Of a DNA stretch of 49,711 nucleotides, positions 17,082-27,765 are shown in pieces. Within the stretch, counting starts at the first letter, position 1; every line of letters begins with the position of its first letter. The stretch comes from Actinomycetota bacterium (GTDB lineage Bacteria; Actinomycetota; UBA4738; HRBIN12). Under the pieces are notes generated by a model, which saw nothing but the letters and a program-made list of their open reading frames with translations, searched no databases and was not told where the DNA came from. Both the position numbers and the translations under genes were made by a program. The stretch is from contig DATBLY010000013.1 in the NCBI GenBank assembly GCA_036555125.1, positions 1 through 49,711 on the forward strand, written 5' to 3'.

Positions 17082-18902
17082 GTGGACATCCCGTCCTTCC
17101 TACGGTCGCACCCGCCGTTCGACGAGCTGGACGAGGACGAGCTGGCGAGCGTCGTCCTGGCAACCCGGATCGAGTTCTTCCCCGAGTACCAGGTGATCCT
17201 CGCCCAGGACGGCGAGCCCGCGAGCTTCCTCTACGTCGTGCGGAAGGGATCCGTCGAGGTGCTGGACGGCGACCTGGTCATCGACCTCCATCAGGAGGGA
17301 GAGGTGTTCGGGTTCGTCTCGCTGCTGACCGGGGAGCGACCGGCGCTCACCGCCCGCGCCGCGGAGGAGACGATCTGCTACCTGATCGAGCCGGCGGTCG
17401 CGGAGGACATCCTCGCCACCAAGGAGGGCGCGTCGTTCCTGTCCCGGAGCGTCCGCCGACGGGAGCTGAAGGTGCTCGAGCGCGCGGAGCCGCGCGCCGA
17501 CCCCTGGACGCTGCCGGCGCGGACGCTCGTGGCCCGGCGGCCGGTCGCGGTGGCCGAGACCGACACCGTCCGCGCCGTCGCGGAGCGCATGGCGACCGAG
17601 CGCGTGTCGTCGGCGCTCGTGCGCGTCGGGGAGGCCTGGGGGATCGTCACCGACCGCGACCTGCGAACGCGGGTCCTCGCCGAAGGAAGGGGTCCCGAGC
17701 ACCTCGTGGCGGAGGTCGCATCCACCCCGCTCCTCTCGCTCCCCGAGGACGCCACGATCGGCGACGTGCTGGGGACGATGCTCGAGCGCGGGATCCACCA
17801 CGTGCCGCTCGCCGACGGATCCGGTGCGATCGTCGGCGTGCTCACGGACACGGACCTGATGGCGCTGGAGCGTCGTTCGGCGTTCCAGGTCCGACGCGGG
17901 ATCGAGCGGGCCGCGGATCCCCGGGCGGCGTCGCGGCTCGCGCTCGCCGTCCCCGAGACGACGGCCGACCTCATCGAGGCCGGGGTCGACGCCCTCGAGG
18001 TCGCCCACGTCATCACGGTGACCACCGACGTCCTGACGACCCGCCTGCTGTCGCTCGCGATCGAGCGGCTGGGCGAGCCCCCCGGGGGATGGGCGTGGCT
18101 CGCGCTCGGCGGGGAGGCGCGCCAGGAGCTCTCGCTCGTGTCCGATCAGGACAACGCGCTCGTCTTCGCGTCGGACGAGGACCCGTCGGCGGACGCCTAC
18201 TTCGCGCGGCTCGCGGCCGTCGTGAACGACGGGCTGGCGTCGGCCGGGATCCCCCGGTGCCGATCCGGCGTGATCGCCTCGAACGTCGCCTGGCGGGGCT
18301 CGGTCGAGCGCTGGTGCGGCCGGTTCCGGTCGTGGATCGCCGACCCGGACGGCTCCCGGATGCCGGCGGTCGCCCTCGACCATCGGGTCGTCGCCGGGGC
18401 GCTGGACGTCGACGAGGCCTTCGCCCCGATCCTGGCGGACGGCTCGGCGGATCGCGCGTGGCTCCGGCACCTGGCGCGGACGGCGGTGGAGCGCCCCCCG
18501 CCCAAGGGCTTCCTCCGTGACGCCGTGATCGAGGCGCGCGGCACCAGCGCGGTGGTGCTCGATGCCAGGGACGCCGGCATCGCGACGATCACGGCCCTCG
18601 CCAGGATCCAGGGCCTCCGTGCGGGGGTCCACGACCGGCGGACGGTGCGTCGCCTGCGGGGCGCCGTGGCCGGCGGCCGGATCGGCGGCGAGGTCGGGAC
18701 GGCGCTCGAGGAGGCGTTCCAGCTGCTCTGGAGGATCCGGCTCGGCCACCAGGTGGCCCGCGTGCGCGCGGGCGCACCCCCCGACGACGACGTCGATCCG
18801 CGCTCGCTGGGCCCGCTCGCGCGCCAGGCCCTGAAGGAGGCCTTCCGGCTGATCGATCGCGCACAGGGGCTCCTGGCGCTCGAGCTGGATCTGCGTCGGT
18901 GA
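17082..18902 (+). CDS. Signal-transduction protein: cNMP-binding domain + CBS pair + DUF294-type (GlnD-like) nucleotidyltransferase
   Basis: N-terminal cNMP fold (FLYVVRKGSVEV..GEVFG). Two CBS modules (VSSALV..GIVTDRDL and IHHVPL..GVLTDTDL). Pol-beta NTase motif GGEARQELSLVSDQD at 18108..18152, plus a C-terminal helical DUF294_C-like region. Confidence 0.85.
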   Translation: MDIPSFLRSHPPFDELDEDELASVVLATRIEFFPEYQVILAQDGEPASFLYVVRKGSVEVLDGDLVIDLHQEGEVFGFVSLLTGERPALTARAAEETICYLIEPAVAEDILATKEGASFLSRSVRRRELKVLERAEPRADPWTLPARTLVARRPVAVAETDTVRAVAERMATERVSSALVRVGEAWGIVTDRDLRTRVLAEGRGPEHLVAEVASTPLLSLPEDATIGDVLGTMLERGIHHVPLADGSGAIVGVLTDTDLMALERRSAFQVRRGIERAADPRAASRLALAVPETTADLIEAGVDALEVAHVITVTTDVLTTRLLSLAIERLGEPPGGWAWLALGGEARQELSLVSDQDNALVFASDEDPSADAYFARLAAVVNDGLASAGIPRCRSGVIASNVAWRGSVERWCGRFRSWIADPDGSRMPAVALDHRVVAGALDVDEAFAPILADGSADRAWLRHLARTAVERPPPKGFLRDAVIEARGTSAVVLDARDAGIATITALARIQGLRAGVHDRRTVRRLRGAVAGGRIGGEVGTALEEAFQLLWRIRLGHQVARVRAGAPPDDDVDPRSLGPLARQALKEAFRLIDRAQGLLALELDLRR

Positions 18903-19549
18903 GGGGACGGCGCCCGACCCGCCCGCCGCGTCCGTCGCGACGGGCGTGGGGTCAGCCGTGGCGGGACGCCGACTACGTCGCGCTGGACTTCGAGGCGACG
19001 GGGCTCGACCTGAGCCGGGACCGGATCATCTCCTTCGGCACGGTCCCCATCCGGATGGGCAGGATCGAGGTCGGCGGGTGCCGCTATCGGATGGTCGATC
19101 CGGAGGGCCGCGTCCCGTCGCCCCGATCGGTGACCGTGCACGGGATCCGTCCGGTCGACCTGCGGGGCGCGCGCTCGCAGGCGTCGGCGGTGCGAGAGCT
19201 CGGGGATGCGCTCGCGGACCGGTTCCTGGTCGCGTGGTACGGGCGGGTCGAGGCCGGGTTCCTGTCGGCGATGTTCCGCGTCTCGGCCGATCGATGGACG
19301 CGGACGATGATCGACGTCCGAGACCTGATGCTCGCGCTCGAGGGTTCACAGGCGGAGGAACGGTCGCTCACGGCCGCGGCCACGCGCTACGGGGTCCCCG
19401 TCGCAGACCCGCACCACGCGCTCGACGACGCCCTCGTGACGGCGCAGCTCTTCCTCGTGGTGGCGGAGCGTCTCGTCCGTCGCGACGGCCTCGCGACCGT
19501 CGGCGACCTCATGCGCGTGCGAGCACCGAGCGCGCGGCGCGGCCACTGA
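18899..19549 (+). CDS. DnaQ-like 3'-5' exonuclease (DEDDh family)
   Basis: Exo I is ALDFEATGL and Exo III is HHALDDALVTAQLF. Exo II is divergent (VAWYGRVEAGFL). GTGA overlap with the upstream gene. Confidence 0.8.
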   Translation: MRGRRPTRPPRPSRRAWGQPWRDADYVALDFEATGLDLSRDRIISFGTVPIRMGRIEVGGCRYRMVDPEGRVPSPRSVTVHGIRPVDLRGARSQASAVRELGDALADRFLVAWYGRVEAGFLSAMFRVSADRWTRTMIDVRDLMLALEGSQAEERSLTAAATRYGVPVADPHHALDDALVTAQLFLVVAERLVRRDGLATVGDLMRVRAPSARRGH

Positions 19550-19632
19550 GGACCCCGCCGCGCCAAGGCAGCCGGTGGAACGCCCCCCGGCGGCGTGACC
19601 GGCCGGACGGGGACGCGGATACTGGTCGGGAG

Positions 19633-20472
19633 ATGCCCGACGAGACCGCGCTCCGACGCAACGTGCGCCCGACCCGGGTGGTGTCCGTGCGGGACGGGAG
19701 CCGATCCGAGCGCGGCGATACGCTCGCCGCCGAGGAGCCGCTCGAGATCCGCGTCGAGGGTCCCGGCCAAGATCCGGTTCAGGTCGCGGTCACGATGCGG
19801 ACCCCGGGTGGGGACTTCGAGCTCGCCGCTGGGTTCCTGTTCACCGAGGGCCTCGTGGCGCCGGGCGACATCCGTCGCGTCGCCTACTGCGACGACCTGG
19901 ACGACGCGGAGCAGCGCTACAACGTGGTCACGGTCACGCTCGCACGCCCGTTCGACGCGGACCGTCTCCGGCGGAACTTCTACGCCACCTCGTCGTGCGG
20001 GGTCTGCGGCAAGGCGGCCCTGGACGATGTCGCGGTGCGATGCGCCCCGGTGGGGGCCGGGCCCGTGGTGCCCGCGGCGCTCCTGACCGCGCTTCCGGAC
20101 CGGCTCCGGGCGGCGCAGCGGGTCTTCGAGCGGACGGGCGGCCTGCACGCCGCCGGGCTGTTCACGGCCGAGGGCGAGCCCATCGCGGTCCGCGAGGACG
20201 TCGGCCGTCACAACGCCGTGGACAAGGTGATCGGCGAACGGCTCCTGGCCGGCGAGGTGCCGCTCGCCGAGCGCATCCTGCAGGTGAGCGGCCGGGCGAG
20301 CTTCGAGATCGTCCAGAAGGCGGCGGTCGCGGGCATCCCGATCGTGGCCGCGGTCAGCGCGCCGTCGTCGCTCGCGGTCGAGGCCGGCGAGCGGTTCGGA
20401 CAGACGATCGTGGGATTCGTCCGAGACGGCGGCGCGAACGTCTATTCGCACCCCGAAAGGATCGCCGGGTAG
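19633..20472 (+). CDS. fdhD: Formate dehydrogenase accessory sulfurtransferase
   Basis: SSCGVCGK active-site loop, GGLHAAGLF, VGRHNAVDK, SGRASFEIVQKA. ATG 19633 in frame with track ORF 18946..20472. Confidence 0.9.
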   Translation: MPDETALRRNVRPTRVVSVRDGSRSERGDTLAAEEPLEIRVEGPGQDPVQVAVTMRTPGGDFELAAGFLFTEGLVAPGDIRRVAYCDDLDDAEQRYNVVTVTLARPFDADRLRRNFYATSSCGVCGKAALDDVAVRCAPVGAGPVVPAALLTALPDRLRAAQRVFERTGGLHAAGLFTAEGEPIAVREDVGRHNAVDKVIGERLLAGEVPLAERILQVSGRASFEIVQKAAVAGIPIVAAVSAPSSLAVEAGERFGQTIVGFVRDGGANVYSHPERIAG

Positions 20473-20473
20473 A

Positions 20474-20496
20474 GCGACCGGTTCGTCCGGGATCGC
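20474..20496. terminator. Possible bidirectional hairpin between the convergent fdhD and VIT genes
   Basis: gcgaccgg-ttcgt-ccgg(ga)tcgc: an 8-bp stem with a 2-nt bulge that fills the whole 24-nt gap. There is no U-tract. Confidence 0.25.
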
Positions 20497-21288
20497 TCAG
20501 GCGACGGTCGCGCCAAGCAGGGAGCCGACCACGTAGGTGATCGTCGCCGCCGCGGCCCCGATCCCCAGCATCCGCAGACCGGACAGCAGTGCGGGACGAC
20601 CGGTGATCCTGGTGAGGAGGGCTCCTGCGGCGAACAGCGTCGCCCCCGAGATCAGGGCCGACGTGACCACCGCCGCGGTCCCCTCCGTCATCAGGAACGG
20701 CAGCACCGGCACGATCGCGCCGATCGCGAAGAACACGAACGACGACCCGGCGGCGCCCCAGGGGGAACCGAGCTCGGAGGGGTCGAGTCCGAGCTCCTCA
20801 CGCGCGTGCGTGTCGAGGGCGAGCCGCGGATCGCGCATCACCGCCTCGCTCACCCGCTCGGCGAGGTCGCGCGGGATCCCGCGCTCGACGTAGATCCCGG
20901 TGAGCTCATCGCGCTCGAGCTCCGGATCCACGCCGATCTCGTGAGCCTCCAGGTGGATCAGGCGCTCGAACAGCTCGCGCTGCACCTTCATCGAGACGTA
21001 CTCCCCGGCCCCCATCGAGAACGCGCCCGCCAGCAGGCCCGCGATCCCCGCGAGGATCACGACGTTGTTGTCCACGCTCGCGCCGGCGAACCCGAAGATC
21101 AGGGAGAGGTTCGAGACGAGGCCGTCGTTCAGGCCGAAGACGGACGCCCGCAGCGCCCCGGAGCGGCCGCCCATCGCCGTCTGCTCGCCCTCGACGATGC
21201 CCTCGTGCGGCAGCATCGGATGGTTGCGTCGTCGGAGCCGCCGGTACTTCTGCGCGAGCCGCGGCCCGAGCGGCGACGGGTCCGACAC
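20497..21288 (-). CDS. VIT1/CCC1-family iron/manganese transporter
   Basis: LRASVFGLNDGLVSNLSL, AGAFSMGAGEYVS, C-terminal TM bundle. GTG start at 21288, one nt after the RDD stop. ATG 21216 (MLPHEG) is an alternative. Confidence 0.8.
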   Translation of the reverse strand: MSDPSPLGPRLAQKYRRLRRRNHPMLPHEGIVEGEQTAMGGRSGALRASVFGLNDGLVSNLSLIFGFAGASVDNNVVILAGIAGLLAGAFSMGAGEYVSMKVQRELFERLIHLEAHEIGVDPELERDELTGIYVERGIPRDLAERVSEAVMRDPRLALDTHAREELGLDPSELGSPWGAAGSSFVFFAIGAIVPVLPFLMTEGTAAVVTSALISGATLFAAGALLTRITGRPALLSGLRMLGIGAAAATITYVVGSLLGATVA

Positions 21289-21289
21289 G

Positions 21290-21799
21290 TCAGGACGGCT
21301 CGCGGACCCGGGGCCGCCAGTCGTAGAGCACCGACGTCCGCAGCACGAGGTCTTGGATCGAGCGGTTCTCCCGGCTGACGCCGGCCCACAGGAGGCCGAA
21401 CGGCACGAGCACGCAGAAGACCGCGCGCACGAGCGCCGTGCCGAACCGGAGGCGGTCACCGGTCCTGCCTACGACCCGCAGCCCCATCACCTGGTTACCC
21501 AGGGTCCGTCCCGAGGTCGTCCACGCGACCGCGAAGTAGACCACGTGCAGGGCCTCGGCGAACAGCAGGGCGGCGGCGAAGCCGGGCGTCGGACGGGTGA
21601 ACGAGGATCCCTGCCAGAGCAGCTTGACCCCTGCCCAGCCCACGTAGGTCGCGACGACGCCCGTGAAGACCAGGGCCAGGTCCAGGACGTTCGCGACGAT
21701 CCGGCTGAACAGGCCGGCTCGACGTCCCTGCAGACCCCGGGCTTCCGCCGGGATCACGTCCACGTGGATCCGCTTCTCCGGCTCCACGGTGGCGCTCAC
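21290..21799 (-). CDS. RDD-family membrane protein
   Basis: RRAGLFSRIVANVLDLAL..., GRTLGNQVMGLRVV, SIQDLVLRTSV: the RDD pattern with 3 TM segments. Confidence 0.8.
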   Translation of the reverse strand: MSATVEPEKRIHVDVIPAEARGLQGRRAGLFSRIVANVLDLALVFTGVVATYVGWAGVKLLWQGSSFTRPTPGFAAALLFAEALHVVYFAVAWTTSGRTLGNQVMGLRVVGRTGDRLRFGTALVRAVFCVLVPFGLLWAGVSRENRSIQDLVLRTSVLYDWRPRVREPS

Positions 21800-22800
21800 C
21801 CGGCCGGATCCTCCGGTGGCGTCGGGTCACCGGGCCCGTCGGGCGCTTCGGTGAGCTGCTCGACCTCCTCCGCGGCGCGCTCTCGCCGACGCATCAGCAC
21901 GCGGTCCACGATGTAGGCGAGCCGGCGGTCGACCTCTGCCGAGAGCATCCGCACGCTGCGGACCGTCTCCGAGGTGACGGCCCCGGTGGACTCGCGGATC
22001 AGCTCCGGCACGTCCACTTCGCCGATCACCCGGTCCGCGATCCCGATCAGGTCGACCCGTCCGACGGCCACGTCGAGGTCCACCCGGCGGACGATCTCGT
22101 CGACGTCGATCCGGTCCACGATCGCGTCCAGGTCGATCTTGTCCACGATCGCGTCCAGGTCGATCCGATCGGCGACGAGGGTCGTCAGGTCGAGCTGCTC
22201 GACGATCCCGTCGACGAGGCGTGGCATCAGGTCGGCGACGAACGCCGCGGCGGCCGCCTCGTGCTCGGGCCGGGCCTCGGACCAGACGCCGTTGAACCGG
22301 TCGATCCCGCGGGTGATCGGCGCGGCCCGCTCGCGCAGGCTGGGGGCGCTCGTCGCGAAGGAGAGCAGGGGGGCCAGGGATCCGGCGAGGGTGGACACGC
22401 TCCGAACGGCCAGGCGGGCCGTCTCCATGCCGAGCCCGAGGGTCGCGCCCGCGAGCGCGGATCCGGCGACCGGTGTGTCGCCGGGCCGGCCGGGCATCGT
22501 GCGCTCGAGCGCGTTCGAGACCGCCGTCGCGGCCACGGACGCCATCCCGACCGCCACGCGCAGCCCGTGCTCGACGAGGGCATCCAGCTCGGCGGTCGCC
22601 GAGGCACGCCCGACGGCGTCGTCCGGCTCGAGCTCATCGAGGGGCGCGGGCCTGGTCTCGACGGAGCCTGGGTCCGGTCCGTGGCGAACGTCGTCCGGCT
22701 CCTCCTCGGGAGGAGCGGAGAATGGTGGGGACGGGAGCTCGACCACGTTGTCGATCGACTCCTCCCCGTCGCCGATCGGGATCTGCTCCATGGGGGGCAT
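21796..22800 (-). CDS. Hypothetical protein with an acidic N-terminus, an Ala-rich hydrophobic core and about 7 nonapeptide (V/I)DLDxIVxR repeats
   Basis: High-GC3 ORF with a GTGA overlap onto the RDD gene. Repeat block: LDLTTLVADRIDLDAIVDKIDLDAIVDRIDVDEIVRRVDLDVAVGRVDLIGIADRVIGEVDVPELIRE. I took the start at MPPMEQ (22800); 22791 and 22845 are possible. Confidence 0.65.
   Translation of the reverse strand: MPPMEQIPIGDGEESIDNVVELPSPPFSAPPEEEPDDVRHGPDPGSVETRPAPLDELEPDDAVGRASATAELDALVEHGLRVAVGMASVAATAVSNALERTMPGRPGDTPVAGSALAGATLGLGMETARLAVRSVSTLAGSLAPLLSFATSAPSLRERAAPITRGIDRFNGVWSEARPEHEAAAAAFVADLMPRLVDGIVEQLDLTTLVADRIDLDAIVDKIDLDAIVDRIDVDEIVRRVDLDVAVGRVDLIGIADRVIGEVDVPELIRESTGAVTSETVRSVRMLSAEVDRRLAYIVDRVLMRRRERAAEEVEQLTEAPDGPGDPTPPEDPAG
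22114..22167 (-). repeat. Near-perfect 27-bp tandem duplication (2 copies, 25/27 identical) inside the nonapeptide-repeat region
   Basis: gtccacgatcgcgtccaggtcgatc occurs at 22114 and again at 22141. It encodes IDLDAIVDK / IDLDAIVDR. Confidence 0.9.
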
Positions 22801-22904
22801 GATGGACCTTCGCCGGGGGGGTGACCACCCGGGTCGCGGCCGCACGGCGTCACGCGGACCCCACGTAGGATAGGCGCGGAACCTCGGTGGAAAGGAGCCG
22901 CTCG

Positions 22905-24839
22905 ATGCAGGACGGGCTCACGCGACTCACCGAGCCGATGGTCCGCGACGACGGCGTGCTGCGCGTCGCCACCTGGGACGAGGCGCTCGATCGCGCCGCG
23001 GCCGGGCTGCGCGCCGCCACGGAGCGGAACGGCGGCAACGGGGTCGGCCTGTTCAGCTGCTCGAAGGCCACGAACGAGATGAACTTCGTCGCACAGAAGT
23101 TCGCCCGTCAGGTCTTGCGCAGCAACAACATCGACAGCTGTAACCGCACCTGACACGCGCCGAGCGTGGTCGGTCTGGCCACGGTGTTCGGTGCCGGAGG
23201 CGGTACCAGCTCATACGGAGAGGTCGAGGAGACGGACCTCATCCTGCTCTGGGGGTCGAACGCGCGCGCCGCGCATCCGATCTTCTTCCACCACGTGCTG
23301 AAGGCGATCCACCGCGGCGCACGGATGATCGCGGTCGACCCCCGGCGGACGGAGTCGACGGAGTGGGCGGACCTGTGGCTGGGGATCGACGTCGGCACGG
23401 ACATCGCCCTGTCGAACACGATCGCGCGCGAGATCATCGTGAACGACCTCCAGCACCACGCGTTCGTCGAGGGCGCCACGACCGGCTTCGAGGCGTACCG
23501 CGACTCCGTGATGGACTGGACCCTCGAGCGCGGCGAGGCCGTCACGGGCGTCCCCGCCGAGGCGATCCGCGAGGTCGCGCACGCCTACGCGAGGGCCGAC
23601 CGCGCCGTGATCTGCTGGACGCTCGGGATCACCGAGCACCACAACGCCGTCGACAACGTCCTGTCGCTGATCAACCTCAGCCTGCTGACCGGTCACGTCG
23701 GACGCTACGGCAGCGGGGTGAACCCGCTGCGCGGCCAGAACAACGTGCAGGGCGGCGGCGACATGGGCGCGATCCCGAACAAGCTGCCCGGCTTCCAAGA
23801 CATCGAGCGGGACGCCGACGCGCGCGCCCGCTTCGAGGCGGCGTGGGGCGTGCCGATCACGCCGCGGTACGGGTGGCACCTCACGCAGATGTTCCTGGCG
23901 ATGGAGCGCGACGAGCTCCGCGCCGTCTACGTGATCGGCGAGAACCCCGTGGCCTCCGAGGCCGACAACCAGCACGCGAAGCACCTGCTGGAGACGCGCG
24001 ACTGCCTGATCGTGCAGGACATCTTCCTGACGCAGACGGCCGAGATCGCCGACGTCGTGTTCCCGGCCTCGGCCTCGTGGGCCGAGAGCGAGGGGACCGT
24101 CACGAACAGCGAGCGGCGCGTGCAGCGCGTCCGCAAGGCGCTGGACCCACCCGGGAACGCGAAGGACGACATCTGGATCATCGCGCGGCTGGCGGAGCGG
24201 CTCGGCGTGGACTGGGGCGAGGTCACGGCGGCGAGCGCGTGGGAGGAGCTGCGCACGCTCTCGCCGATGCACGCGGGGATGAGCTACGAACGGCTCGAGG
24301 CGCTCGGCGGCCTGCAGTGGCCGTGCCCGGACGAGTCGCATCCGGGCACGACGTTCCTGCACGGGCGCCTCTGGGCGTTCGACGATCCGCGGGCCCAGGG
24401 CACGAAGGCGCCGTTCAGTGTCGTGGTCGACGACCCGCCGGTCGACGCGCTGTCGCCCGAGTACCCGATCCGGCTGACCACGGGCCGGCGTCTGGACTCG
24501 TACAACACCGGCGTGCAGAGCGGTGGCTACACGTCGCCGTTGCGGCGGCCGGAGTCGATCGAGCTCTCCCCGGAGGACGCCGCCGAGCTCGGCGTGGGCG
24601 AGGGCGAGCGCGTGCGGGTGTCGTCGCGGCGCGGCTCGGTCGAGGCCCCGGTCCACGTGACCCCGTCCGTCCGTCCCGGCCTCGCGTTCATGACGCTGCA
24701 CTTCCCGGACCAGGTCGAGACGAACCGGCTCACGATCGAGGCGACCGATCCGAAGTCGGGCCCCGCGGAGTTCAAGGCGACGGCGGTGCGCGTGGACAAG
24801 CTGTCGGAGCGAGCCGCGGTCACGGGTCGCGCCGAGTGA
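22905..24839 (+). CDS. fdhA: Formate dehydrogenase catalytic (Mo/W-bis-MGD) subunit, selenocysteine-containing (TGA at 23151..23153 read as Sec). It lacks the N-terminal Fe-S domains.
   Basis: Track ORFs 22887..23153 and 23166..24839 are in the same frame, separated only by TGA + HAPS. Read-through gives FVAQKFARQVLRSNNIDSCNRT-U-HAPSVVGLATVFG, matching the FdhF Sec region. Downstream come NPLRGQNNVQGGGDMGA and the rest of the MopB and C-terminal barrel regions. ATG 22905 is preceded by AAAGGAG. Confidence 0.88.
23165..23183 (+). promoter_or_regulatory. Candidate bacterial SECIS hairpin
   Basis: CGUGGUC-GGUCU-GGCCACG: a 7-bp stem (one G-U pair) with loop GGUCU, starting 11 nt after the UGA. 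E. coli fdhF has the same spacing and the same GGUC loop core. Confidence 0.6.
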
Positions 24840-24849
24840 GGGAGGCCCG

Positions 24850-26726
<1,877 letters not shown>

Positions 26727-26730
<4 letters not shown>

Positions 26731-27725
26731 GCGATCCCGTCCCGGTCGCGCCGCCCCGCCGCCTGATCGACCTCGAGGTCGACGGGCGCGCCGTGCGGGT
26801 GCCGGAGGGGGACACGATCCTCGCCGCGTGCCGGGCCGAGGGGGTCGACACGCCGACGCTGTGCTTCGCCGACAACCTCACGCCGGTGAATGCCTGCCGG
26901 GTCTGCGTCGTCGAGGTCGAGGGTTCTCGCGCCCTCGTCCCCGCCTGCTCGCGCGCCGCCGAGCCCGGGATGGTCGTGCGGACCGACACGGATCGGGTGC
27001 GGCACTCCCGCAGGCTCGTGCTGGAGTTCCTCGCCTCGAGCGTCGACGTCGAGCTCACGTCGCCCGAGGTGCACCGGTGGATGGAGGCGTACGGGAGCGA
27101 CCCCGACCGCTTCGGCGCGCGGATGGACCCGCGGCCCGCGGGGGAGCGCGACGCCCGTGGGCCGGGACATCACCACGCGCCCGAGCCCGCCGTCGCCGAG
27201 ACCGTCGAGCAGCCGGTCAAGATCGACAACGAGCTCTACGTGCGCGACTACTCGCGCTGCATCCTCTGCTACAAGTGCGTCGAGGCGTGCGGGGTCGATG
27301 CGCAGAACACCTTCGCGATCGCGGTGGCGGGGCGGGGATTCGACGCGAGGATCTCGACGGAGTATGCCGTTCCGCTCGGCGAGTCCGCCTGCGTCTACTG
27401 CGGGAACTGCATCGGCGTGTGCCCCACGGGCGCGCTGATGTTCCGCACCGAGCACGAGATGCGCGAGGACGGCACCTGGGACGAGGCGGAGCAGACCGTG
27501 ACCGACACGATCTGCCCGTACTGCGGCGTGGGGTGCGAGCTCGAGCTCCACGTGCAGGACGACCGGATCGTGAAGGTGACATCGCCCTGGGACAACGACG
27601 TGACGAACGGGCACCTGTGCATCAAGGGGCGCTTCGGGTACGCGTTCGTCCAGGCCCGCAAGGGCGACGATCCCGCCGCCCGGAAACGGCGCGATCGGAG
27701 CCCGGGAGGCGGAGGGGGAACCTAG
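26727..27725 (+). CDS. Fe-S module corresponding to the N-terminus of an FdsA/NuoG-type FDH alpha subunit (2Fe-2S, His-ligated 4Fe-4S, 2x[4Fe-4S] ferredoxin, MopB-type 4Fe-4S)
   Basis: LCF...ACRVCVVEV...PAC; CILCYKCVEAC...CVYCGNCIGVCP; ICPYCGVGCELELHV...GHLCIKGRFGY. GTGA overlap with the upstream gene. The gene ends right where the catalytic domain would begin. Confidence 0.88.
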
Positions 27726-27765
27726 TCTGGCACGGACTACCGGCGAGCCGATCGCGGTCCGAGGG

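Noticed and set aside
22846-22904. Possible Moco riboswitch upstream of the FDH operon
   Set aside because: The divergent intergenic region is under 110 nt even with the shortest gene models. It shows none of the Moco motif features. It more likely contains just two promoters and the AAAGGAG RBS.
22887-24839. Reading the FDH catalytic gene as two separate genes, or as a pseudogene broken by a nonsense mutation
   Set aside because: The single interruption is a TGA exactly at the conserved Sec/Cys catalytic position. It is followed by the conserved His and a SECIS-like hairpin at canonical spacing. Both halves are in one frame with no other defects.
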